This document shows positions 16,429 to 25,600 of a DNA stretch of 32,378 nucleotides, piece after piece. The notes below the pieces were generated by a model that saw nothing but the letters and a program-made list of their open reading frames with translations, was not told the DNA's origin and did not search any database. The stretch's first letter is position 1. Every line of letters begins with the position of its first letter. This DNA is from a virus (lineage: Duplodnaviria > Caudoviricetes). The translations under genes and the position numbers were made by a program. The stretch covers positions 1 through 32,378 of the IMG/VR virus record IMGVR_UViG_3300030397_000191; one strand, 5' to 3'.

Positions 16429-16787
16429 AGACACGAAAGTTCGATATCGGCAAGATGCGCCATCGTATCCGGGTCTATAACGTAGATCAGGTTGACGATG
16501 GCTCTGGTGGTTTTGATAGGGGCGATCCCGACCCGAGTGATCTGCTCACGACTGTCTGGTGTCATATCGAGCCAGTGACTGCGCGTGAACGTCAGTGGGG
16601 TGAGCAATATACCGAGCTGACGACACATCGCTGCTGGCTCCGCTACAACGACCAGCTGGCTGAAGGACAGACCTGGCAACGTGACGTTGGCGGCACGACG
16701 ATCAACTACTACGTCGAGCAGCTCTATGACCCCGACAACCTGCAAGAGTTCCATCTTGCCATGCTGCGTGAAGGAGGACCGATGTAA
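16425..16787 (+). CDS. Head closure (stopper) protein
   Basis: IGKMRHRI, DDGSGG, TVWCHIEP; ATGA overlap. Confidence 0.85.
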   Translation: MKTRKFDIGKMRHRIRVYNVDQVDDGSGGFDRGDPDPSDLLTTVWCHIEPVTARERQWGEQYTELTTHRCWLRYNDQLAEGQTWQRDVGGTTINYYVEQLYDPDNLQEFHLAMLREGGPM

Positions 16788-17227
16788 TGCCTGCCCTCAC
16801 CGTTCGCGTCAGAAACATGGGTCGCCTCCAAGCGAAGGTCAAGAAGTTGCCCCTCGACATTCAGGCTGGTGTGGTCATCGGTCTTCGGTCCCTGACGTCT
16901 CCCATCGAGGAAGATATCAAACGCAGCATCCGGACTGGTGCTCGCACTGGCCGTATCGTCAAGCGGTACCATCCCGCCCGTGTTCATCAGGCGTCTGCAC
17001 CCGGTGAGGTTCCCGCCAATGACCGCGGTATGCTCGCGAACTCGATTGAGGTGGACGTTGATCCCACTCAGTTCAACCTGACCATGAGTGCATCGGCACC
17101 CTACGCTCAGGAACTCGAATACGGAACCAAGCACATGCTGCCTCGTCCGTTCCTTCGTCCCGCACTGACGCGGTGGCGTGAGCGGATCATCAAGGCAATA
17201 CAAGACGCGATAAAGGGGAAGCTCTGA
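16787..17227 (+). CDS. HK97 gp10-like tail completion protein
   Basis: HQASAPGE.P...G.LANSI, YAQELEYGTKHMLPRPFLRPA. Confidence 0.88.
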   Translation: MPALTVRVRNMGRLQAKVKKLPLDIQAGVVIGLRSLTSPIEEDIKRSIRTGARTGRIVKRYHPARVHQASAPGEVPANDRGMLANSIEVDVDPTQFNLTMSASAPYAQELEYGTKHMLPRPFLRPALTRWRERIIKAIQDAIKGKL

Positions 17228-17634
17228 TGGCTGAAGACGCAGCAGACCAACTCATTGCCGCATTCGTCGCAGCCTTCAAAGCTGACGCGACTATCGGCTC
17301 AACCTGTGGGGATCGGGTCTTCAACTACGTGCCCCGTCGAACACAGGAACCCTACATCATTGTCCACATCACGGACAGCGATGAGTGGGACACAGACACA
17401 GATGACGGGGAAGAACACTCCGTCTACATTCACGTATGGGACGACAAAGAAGGTTCCAAACGTGTCAACCAGATTATGCGGCGGGTCAAGGAGCTGCTGC
17501 ATGATGAAATGGCCAGCTTCTCGCTGACTGACCACAACCTGGTGAATTGCCGGCGCGTGTCAAAGCAGGTAGTGAGGGATGGCCAACTTTACCACGGCAT
17601 CGGGCTATTCCGTGCCATAACAGAGGAGACTTAA
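17227..17634 (+). CDS. Tail terminator (DUF3168-like)
   Basis: RVFNYVP, YHGIGLFRAITE; gene position. Confidence 0.85.
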   Translation: MAEDAADQLIAAFVAAFKADATIGSTCGDRVFNYVPRRTQEPYIIVHITDSDEWDTDTDDGEEHSVYIHVWDDKEGSKRVNQIMRRVKELLHDEMASFSLTDHNLVNCRRVSKQVVRDGQLYHGIGLFRAITEET

Positions 17635-17636
17635 CC

Positions 17637-18050
17637 ATGGCTGCACAACCCGGCAAGGACGTGCTTATCAAGGTGGACTCGGACGGCGCTGGTACATTCG
17701 TCACCATTGGCGGAATGCGCTCGAAGTCCATCTCACTCAATTCGGAGACGGTCGACGTATCGGACTCCGACTCAACCAACCGCTGGCGCGAGCTGCTGGC
17801 TGGTGCGGGGCTGCGCTCTGCAACTGTCACAGGTTCCGGTGTGTTCAAGGACTCGGCAGGGGAGGAAGACGTTCGCGGCTACTTCTTCGCTGGCACCCAT
17901 GAAGACTACCAGTTCATCGTGCCCGACTTCGGTACCATCGAAGGTGCGTTCCAAGTGACCGCCATCGACTATGCCGGCGAACACAACGGCGAAGCGACGT
18001 ACTCCATGACTTTCGAGTCCGCTGGGGAACTGACCTGGACCGCTGCATAA
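17637..18050 (+). CDS. Major tail tube protein (GTA g9 / TP901-1 family)
   Basis: MAAQPGKDVLIK, WRELLAGAG, PDFGTIEG.F, YAGEHNGEATY; GAGGAG RBS. Confidence 0.95.
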   Translation: MAAQPGKDVLIKVDSDGAGTFVTIGGMRSKSISLNSETVDVSDSDSTNRWRELLAGAGLRSATVTGSGVFKDSAGEEDVRGYFFAGTHEDYQFIVPDFGTIEGAFQVTAIDYAGEHNGEATYSMTFESAGELTWTAA

Positions 18051-18087
18051 CCCATCAACCACAAGGTCATTTCAGGAGGATAGACCA

Positions 18088-18447
18088 ATGAACGCCAACA
18101 AGCAACGCGGTGAAGTAACAATCGAAGGTCCCGAGGGTAAGGAGTACAAGCTCTGTCTCACTCTCGGGGCCATCGCACAAATCGAAGACCAGATCGAGGG
18201 CATGGACTCTTTGTCCGAAGTCGACAAGGTCTTCCAGAAGGCTCGCATGAAAGACGTGATGACCATCTTTGTGGCTCTACTCAACGGTGGGGGCCATATC
18301 GAGATCACGTCCAAGGATATGATGACCTGGAACGTCCCGCTCAAGGACCTCATGCAGAAAATCCGCGATGCCTTCCAAGCTGCCGGCTTCGATGACGGGG
18401 AAGGTGATGAAAACACAGAGGATGGTGAGGGCAAGGGAAAAAACTAA
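18088..18447 (+). CDS. Tail assembly chaperone (GTA g10-like)
   Basis: NKQRGEV...LCLTLGA; position between tube and tape measure genes. Confidence 0.88.
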   Translation: MNANKQRGEVTIEGPEGKEYKLCLTLGAIAQIEDQIEGMDSLSEVDKVFQKARMKDVMTIFVALLNGGGHIEITSKDMMTWNVPLKDLMQKIRDAFQAAGFDDGEGDENTEDGEGKGKN

Positions 18448-18665
18448 AGCGGGGCAGAACGCCCTGGGAAGGATGGATGAAGATTGCCTTCGGGCACATG
18501 CACCTACCATCCGAGGTCTTTTGGAACTACAGCTTGCGAGAATGGCAGGCCTGCTTCAAGGGATACACCGAAAAAACCCAGGGCAAACGCGAAGCCCCGC
18601 TATCCCGATCCTCACTTAACTCGCTAATGGAAAGGTATCCTGATGGCCCTCGGAAGACTGATTGA
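18435..18665 (+). CDS. Tail chaperone C-terminal extension reached by -1 frameshift
   Basis: G GGA AAA AAC slippery site before the stop; the -1 frame is open (KLKRGRTPWEGWMKIAFG...FWNYSLREW). Confidence 0.8.
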   Translation, partial: GKKLKRGRTPWEGWMKIAFGHMHLPSEVFWNYSLREWQACFKGYTEKTQGKREAPLSRSSLNSLMERYPDGPRKTD

Positions 18666-20742
18666 AAGACTGTTCGTTCAGGTCCGCGCTGATCTGTCCC
18701 AGCTCTCCGGGGAGCTTCAGGAGGGTGTGACCCAAACCCAACGGGCCACCCAACAGATGTCTCGTCAATGGGAGACTGTGTCAACGAGCATCGAGAACCT
18801 GACCACCGACTTGCAGAAAGGCATTATCACGCAGGGGCAGTATATGTCCCAGCTGAACCGCCACGCCTCTGCAATCTCGAAATTGGGCGGAGACTACCGG
18901 GAGGCGCAGCGCCAGGTGCATGGCTATGCTGCGTCTCTTCGGCAGGCTGCTACGGTGGCCCCGCCCGCCTTCGATGCTCGACCCGTTCGGAACTTCGGTC
19001 GTTCTGTGGGTATGGCTCGAATGCAGATGATGAACCTGGGTTACCAGATCAATGACGTTGGGATGACGCTTGCCACAGGCATGAACCCGCTCACGGTCCT
19101 GATCCAGCAGGGTTCTCAAATCCTTCAAATCTACGCTGGGCAAGGCGGCGTCCGAGCAGCACTGTCTGATATCGGCAAGATCATTTCCGGCCTCGGCAAG
19201 CGCCTGTGGCCTTTGGCTGTTATCGCTGGGGGCTTCGGCATCCTGCAACGGGAGATCAACAAGACGACCGACGTGTCTGTCTCGTTCGGTGACACTGTGG
19301 CTGCTGTGTTCCAGGTGCTCGGTCGAAAGATCATGGGTGTTATCGGTGGGCCGCTTCAATGGCTCAAGGAGAAGTTCGGGGAGGTCCTGGACTTCATTGC
19401 CGAGTGGACGCCGAAGATCATCAATGTGGTGGTAGGCGTCATTGCCGGTTCCGTTCGAGCCATCGGTGCATTGTGGAACGCACTGCCTGACCTGTTCAGT
19501 GACGCCTTCGGCACGATCCGTAACTACGCCGTTGACGTGGCTGAGTGGCTCGGTATGTTGTTCCTCGTGACTATCCCCGAGAACGTGCTCGTTGGGGTGA
19601 ACAAGATCGTCCAGTCCTTCGTGTTTGCCTTCCGTGCCATCAAAGGCATCTGGGAGGCCTTCCCCGATATCCTGCGCATCGCCATCGCCGAGGCGGTCAA
19701 CTGGATCGTCACTGGTGTGGAGAAGATGGTCAACGGTGCCGTGGATGGCATCAACAAACTGATCGAGGGGATTAACCAGCTTCTTGAGTTTGTGGGTGCT
19801 GACAAGGCGCTTGAGCTGTTTGGCTTCTCAGGCACGTTGGGCGAACTCGACCAAGCAAGCCTTGACCAGTTCCGGATGGATGCCTCAGGCAGTATCGGTG
19901 ACGTTATGGCTGAGGTAGGTGCTGCCGCTGCCACAGCCTTCAATGAGAACTTCGTTTCGGGTGTATCGCTGCCGAGTGCGCCCAACCTCGACGCATGGCG
20001 TGTTGAGGTCGGTGACTCCTTCGGTCAGCTGGGTGCCGAGTTCGCTCGTATCTTCACTGAGACCATGAGCCGGGATTGGGCGGGTGACTTCTTCGATGAG
20101 GTTCGGGCCCAGGCGATCCAGAACGCCATGAACCGGATTGCCCAAGGCGTCGAAGGTGTGGGTGATGCTGCTCGCCGTGCCGGCGAAGAAGTCGAAGACA
20201 TGATGAAGACGCTTGAGGATGGTTTGCAGACCGCAGCTGACAACCTTGCCCAAGTGTTCGGCAATGCGTTTGAACGATTGGCTGAGACGGGTCGCTTCAC
20301 GTTCAGCGACTTCATCCAGGACCTTAACCAGCTCATCATCAAATCGACCTCGGAGCTGTTGCAGGAAGAGCTGTCCAATATGTTCAAGACACTGGCCACG
20401 TCGAAAGGCGGGCTTGGGTCACTGTTCTCCAACCTGTTCACTGGGCTGTTCGGCGGAGGCAATATGTTCGGCGCCCGTGCTCGAGGCGGTGTGGAAATGC
20501 CGTGGCGGAACTTCATCGCTGGTGAAGAGGGTGCTGAGCTTATCAGCCAGGATGGTCCTTCGGGCGCTCGTCGCGTAACTACTGCGGGTCAAACTCGACA
20601 CATGATGCAGAGCATGGGAGGTGCGGCACCGCAGATCACTATGATCGTCAACACGCCTGACGTGGAGAGCTTCCAGAAATCACAATCGCAGCTTGCCTCT
20701 CGAATGGGCATGTTCTTGCAGAGAGGGCAGAGGAACCAATAA
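18643..20742 (+). CDS. Tape measure protein
   Basis: Ala/Gly-rich helical sequence; NLGYQINDV...IQQGSQI motif; C-terminal TPDVESFQKSQSQ. Confidence 0.93.
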   Translation: MALGRLIERLFVQVRADLSQLSGELQEGVTQTQRATQQMSRQWETVSTSIENLTTDLQKGIITQGQYMSQLNRHASAISKLGGDYREAQRQVHGYAASLRQAATVAPPAFDARPVRNFGRSVGMARMQMMNLGYQINDVGMTLATGMNPLTVLIQQGSQILQIYAGQGGVRAALSDIGKIISGLGKRLWPLAVIAGGFGILQREINKTTDVSVSFGDTVAAVFQVLGRKIMGVIGGPLQWLKEKFGEVLDFIAEWTPKIINVVVGVIAGSVRAIGALWNALPDLFSDAFGTIRNYAVDVAEWLGMLFLVTIPENVLVGVNKIVQSFVFAFRAIKGIWEAFPDILRIAIAEAVNWIVTGVEKMVNGAVDGINKLIEGINQLLEFVGADKALELFGFSGTLGELDQASLDQFRMDASGSIGDVMAEVGAAAATAFNENFVSGVSLPSAPNLDAWRVEVGDSFGQLGAEFARIFTETMSRDWAGDFFDEVRAQAIQNAMNRIAQGVEGVGDAARRAGEEVEDMMKTLEDGLQTAADNLAQVFGNAFERLAETGRFTFSDFIQDLNQLIIKSTSELLQEELSNMFKTLATSKGGLGSLFSNLFTGLFGGGNMFGARARGGVEMPWRNFIAGEEGAELISQDGPSGARRVTTAGQTRHMMQSMGGAAPQITMIVNTPDVESFQKSQSQLASRMGMFLQRGQRNQ

Positions 20743-21371
20743 TGGCTTTTCACGAAACACGCTTCCCGACCAACATCGCCTTCGGTGCCCGTGGCGGCCC
20801 GAAACGTAAGACCATCATTGCTGCCTCCGGGTCCGGCTTCGAACACCGGAACTCACAGTGGGCAGACTCGAAGCGGGAGTACAACGCGGGCTACGGTGTC
20901 AAGAGTCTGGACGATATCCATGATGTGGTCGAGTTCTTCGAGGAACGCCGGGGCATGTTGCACGGCTTCCGCTGGAAAGACAAGTTCGACTGGAAGTCCT
21001 GCAAGCCGAAAGAGACGCTGGCGTTCAATGACCAGACCATCGGTACGGGTGACGGCAGCACCACGACGTTCCAGTTGACCAAGACCTACGGCTCGTCCTA
21101 TGCGCCCTACACCCGGGATATTAAGAAACCCGTCAGTGGCACTGTGTTGATCGGCGTCAATGGAGCTGACACGGGAGGCTCGGGTTGGTCGGTTGATTTG
21201 ACCACAGGGGTCATCACGTTCAGCGTTGCACCCACATCCGGTCACGCGATCACAGCGGGTTATGAGTTCGACGTTCCTGTCCGCTTCGATACCGACTACC
21301 TTCAAATTGACCTGACTGCATTCCAAGCGGGACAGGTTCCCGATATCCCCATTGTGGAGATCAGAGTATGA
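20742..21371 (+). CDS. Distal tail protein (DUF2460, GTA g12-like)
   Basis: MAFHETRFP, FFEERRG.LHGFRWKD, FDVPVRFDTD. Confidence 0.95.
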   Translation: MAFHETRFPTNIAFGARGGPKRKTIIAASGSGFEHRNSQWADSKREYNAGYGVKSLDDIHDVVEFFEERRGMLHGFRWKDKFDWKSCKPKETLAFNDQTIGTGDGSTTTFQLTKTYGSSYAPYTRDIKKPVSGTVLIGVNGADTGGSGWSVDLTTGVITFSVAPTSGHAITAGYEFDVPVRFDTDYLQIDLTAFQAGQVPDIPIVEIRV

Positions 21372-22276
21372 GAACCGATATTCCGGCGGGACTACAAACG
21401 CACCTCGAAACCCGGGAGACCACGCTCGCCTGGTGCTGGAAGATCACGAAGACTGACGGCAGTGTTCTCGGCTTCACAAACCACGACAGAGACCTCACCT
21501 TTGACAGCACGACCTACGAGGCTGCCACCGGCTTCCTTGGTACAGAGATCGAAAGCCAACTCGGCATGTCTGTGGATAACATGGACGTCTATGGCGCAGT
21601 CGACTCCGACAACATCACCGAAACCGATATCGAGGCGGGTCTCTATGACAACGCCGAGGTGGTTGTCTATCTGGTTAACTGGGAGGACGTGTCTGAGCGT
21701 GTCGTTATGAAGAAGGGAAACCTGGGCGAGGTCAAACGGGGAGCCACCATGTTCCAGACCGAAGTTCGTGGTATCTCGAACCAGATGCAGAACGTCAAAG
21801 GTCGGATGTATGAATACGGCTGTGACGCTTTGCTTGGGGATGGGCGTTGTGCTAAGACAGGTCTGTCTGGGGCAAGCTTCACCGGCAATGGCACAGTTGC
21901 CTCCACTAACGGCTACTCGTCAATCGTTGCCACGGGGCTTGACTCCTACAGCAACAGCTGGTTCAGTCGGGGCAAGGTCACTTTCACGTCAGGAGCTAAT
22001 AACGGCATTGTCCGCGAGGTTAAGGCACACTTCAACACCGACGGCGTGGTGACCATCAGCCTGTGGGAACAGACCCCTTTTGAGATACAGGCGTCCGATA
22101 CCTTTGACGTTCTGGCTGGCTGTGACAAGACGTTCAAGACCTGTAAGGCCAAGTTCAGCAACGAAGAGAACTTCCGTGGCTTCCCCCATATCCCGGGCAG
22201 TAACACGGTTGTCCAGTATGCGAACACAGGCGATCCGAACTTTGATGGAGGAGGGAACTTCGTTGGTAAAGACTGA
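21368..22276 (+). CDS. Baseplate hub protein (DUF2163/BR0599, GTA g13-like)
   Basis: GFTNHDRDL, CDALLGD.RC, GCDKTFKTC, NFRGFPHIPG. Confidence 0.95.
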   Translation: MRTDIPAGLQTHLETRETTLAWCWKITKTDGSVLGFTNHDRDLTFDSTTYEAATGFLGTEIESQLGMSVDNMDVYGAVDSDNITETDIEAGLYDNAEVVVYLVNWEDVSERVVMKKGNLGEVKRGATMFQTEVRGISNQMQNVKGRMYEYGCDALLGDGRCAKTGLSGASFTGNGTVASTNGYSSIVATGLDSYSNSWFSRGKVTFTSGANNGIVREVKAHFNTDGVVTISLWEQTPFEIQASDTFDVLAGCDKTFKTCKAKFSNEENFRGFPHIPGSNTVVQYANTGDPNFDGGGNFVGKD

Positions 22277-22697
22277 GGATATCATTGCCGAGGCGAGGAC
22301 CTGGATCGGTACGCCCTACCACCACCAGGCTTCGCTTAAAGGCGTCGGGTGTGATTGCATTGGATTGGTTCGCGGTATCTTCCGCGAGCTTTATGGCTTC
22401 AACCCTGCCGAGAATATCAACTATTCCGCTGACTGGGGTGACAGCAATGGGAATGAGGACATAATCGCCGCTGGGTTCAAATATATGGAGCCAGTAGCAC
22501 TCGAGGATATGCAACCGGGTGACATGGTCGCAGTGCGCTGGGCAAAGGGACGTGTGGCCAAGCATGTGATGATCCTGACCGAGAACGGGAAGGCTATTCA
22601 TTCCTACAACAACTCGCCCACAACCGAGATACATTTGAACGACTGGTGGAGGCGTCGCATCGTCTACGTCTTCCGGTTCCCGCAGGAGGTGAAGTAA
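22263..22697 (+). CDS. NlpC/P60 cell-wall peptidase (GTA g14-like)
   Basis: ARTWIGTPYHHQ, GCDCIGLVRG, AKH..I; probable TTG start after GGAGG. Confidence 0.93.
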   Translation: MVKTEDIIAEARTWIGTPYHHQASLKGVGCDCIGLVRGIFRELYGFNPAENINYSADWGDSNGNEDIIAAGFKYMEPVALEDMQPGDMVAVRWAKGRVAKHVMILTENGKAIHSYNNSPTTEIHLNDWWRRRIVYVFRFPQEVK

Positions 22698-22698
22698 C

Positions 22699-25600
22699 AT
22701 GGCAGGTCTATTGCTCGCAGGCGTCGGTGCCGCAATTGGTTTAAGCATCGGGGGCACGTTCCTCGGGATCAGCGCGGTTGTGATCGGCCAGACAATCGGT
22801 TCCGTTATCGGTACAGCGATTGATAACTTCTTGTTTGCTCCTACGTTGAAGTCGACACAGGAAGGGCCTCGATTGAATGAGGCCAACGTCATGACCTCTG
22901 TGGAAGGGACCAACATCTACCGAGGCTATGGTCGGTTCAAAGTTGCGGGCAACGTCATCTGGGCAACTCGTCTGCGTGAGGAGGTTGTCAAGGAGACAAC
23001 AAAGACCGGCGGTAAAGGTGGCGGCGGTGGCAGCGAGGTGACAACGACCACCTACAACTACTATGCCAACTTTGCAGTCGGTCTGTGTGAGGGTGAAATC
23101 CTCGACGTTCACCGCGTGTGGGCTGATGGCAAGCTGCTCGATCTGTCTGACTACACCTATCGGATTTACAAGGGCACTGAGACCCAGAACCCGGACTCAC
23201 TCATCGAGACTAAAGAGGGCAGCGGCAATGCTCCTGGCTATCGGGGGTTGGCCTACATCATCTTCGAGGATATGCAGATCAACAAGTTTGGTAACCGCAT
23301 CCCCCAAATGACATTCGAGATCACTAAGCCGATCACTCGATCCGACAATGATGCTGTAGGCGACCTCATCACGGGTATTGATTTGATCCCGGGAACCACT
23401 GAGTTCGGCTATGACCCCCGCGAGATTGACCAAGTGATCTATGAGGGCAGTGATATCGTTGAGCGCCGCGTAGAGAACAATCACACCGGCGATGGCAAGA
23501 GTGACTGGGAACACGCACTCGACCAGATGGAGGTGAACCTTCCCAACTGCAACATCGTCACCTTTGTGGTTACCTGGTTTGGTGATGACTTGCGCATTGG
23601 TAACTGCACACTTAAGCCGAAGGTGGAGAACCACACCAAAAGGACAACGCTTGCTGGAGAAACTTCCGAAATCGGTTGGCGTGTGGCACAGCTTGATCGA
23701 GCGGATGCCGGGATCATCTCAACCTATGAGGGCTACTCAGCCTTCGGGGGTACCCCCAATGACGTCTCAGTCTATCAAGCCATCCTCGACCTGAAGTCCC
23801 GTGGCTTCGAGGTTCTGTTCTACCCCTTCATCATCATGGACGTTGAGGCAGGCAACACCTTGCCGGACCCCTACAGTGACAACGCAGCTACCGTGGGTCA
23901 GCCCGTGTATCCGTGGCGAGGTCGTATCACCTGCTCACCCGCGGCAGGGTATGTGGGGTCGGTCGACAAAACAGCCACCGCTCGAACTCAGGTTGACGCC
24001 TTCCTTGGGACTGCTGACGCCAGTGAGTTCTCGGGGTCCAACGGCGCAGTGACCTACAGCGGCGCCGCTGAGTGGGGCTTCAAACGCTTCACGCTTCATA
24101 TGGCTGAGTTGTGCCGTCAGGCTGGTGGCGTAGACTACTTCATTGTCGGGACTGAGATGGTGGGTGCCTCCACAATCCGGGATGAGAACAACGACTTCCC
24201 ATTTGTCGAGGGGTTGATTGACCTTGCGGCTGAGGTGTCTGTCTTGCTCCCATCAGCACAGATCGGTTATGCTGCCGACTGGTCGGAATTCCACTCTCAT
24301 CGCCCGAGCGACGGCACCAATGATGTGTACTTCCACCTGGACCCCTTGTGGGCTGATAGCAATGTCGACTTCATTGGCATTGACAACTACATGAAGCTGT
24401 CTGACTGGCGTGACTCCGATGACCACGCTGACTACGGCACTGGCAACGACGTGTATGGTCGACCGAAGGGTGAGTCTATCTATGATCTGACTTACCTCAA
24501 GGGCCAGGTTGCAGGTGGTGAGGACTTCGACTATTTCTATGCTTCCACAGCTGACCGAGTGTCACAGACACGGACGACGATCACTGATGGCACTTCGGTC
24601 TTCGACGTTGATCCTAGTGACGCCGACCGCACTCTTGCTGTCAGCACGGGTGGGGGTATCGCCTATGCTGACTTTGGCTCTGGCGCTACTCGAAGCCAAG
24701 ACACCGCCTTCAGCTGTAAGGTAACGCTGCCGTCTTCTCCCACCGACGGGGTTCTGTTTGAACGGGGTGGCTCCGGTACTGGTATGATTGTCTGTATCCG
24801 TGACTCCGGAACCTACCTTCGCGCTAGAGCAGGGTCCGGGGGTGAGACTGTTGCCGGTGGCGGAACGCCTTCAACCGCGAATTTGATTGTTGGGGATGAG
24901 CTTATCTCTAATCTGTCCCAGTACTTCGACGATGAGGTCCATGAGGTTTGCTGGGACGTTCAGATGGGTAACCCCGGTCAGATGCGTCTGTGGATTGATG
25001 GCGATCTTATCATTGATGCCTACTCCTCAGGCAACCATACCACCTGGACTGGCTCAGGTTCCGGTACCTACATTGGCACTTCAGGATCAGCTACCAACAT
25101 CAGTGGAGAACCGACAACCGGATGGTCAGCAGGTTCAACTGGAGCGAGCGATCTGTCCATGTATGACCAGGCGTTTGACTGGAGTGCGCCCAGCGAACCT
25201 TGGGTCTTCCGTCAAAAGGACCTGGTGAATTGGTGGTCCAACAAGCACTACAATCGTCCCGATGGCAACAGCCTGATCCACCCGACGGATTGGGTTCCGG
25301 AGAGCAAGCCGATCATCTTCACTGAGTACGGCTGTCCCGCGATCAACAAAGGCACGAACCAACCCAACGTGTTCTATGACCCGAAGTCGTCTGAGAGCTT
25401 CGTGCCCTACTTCTCGTCGGGCGGTCGGGATGATGAAATCCAACGCCAGTATATCCGGGCGATGATGGAGTACTGGTCTGACGGATCGAACAACCCCACG
25501 TCGAGTGTCTACGCGGCGAAGATGGTTGATGAGACCCGCATGAACTACTGGTCCTACGATGCTCGACCTTGGCCGACGTTCCCCCTTGACGGTGACACCT

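Noticed and set aside
24592-25194. Intein as explanation for the megatron inserts
   Set aside because: No C-terminal His-Asn followed by Cys/Ser/Thr at the junctions and no LAGLIDADG motif.
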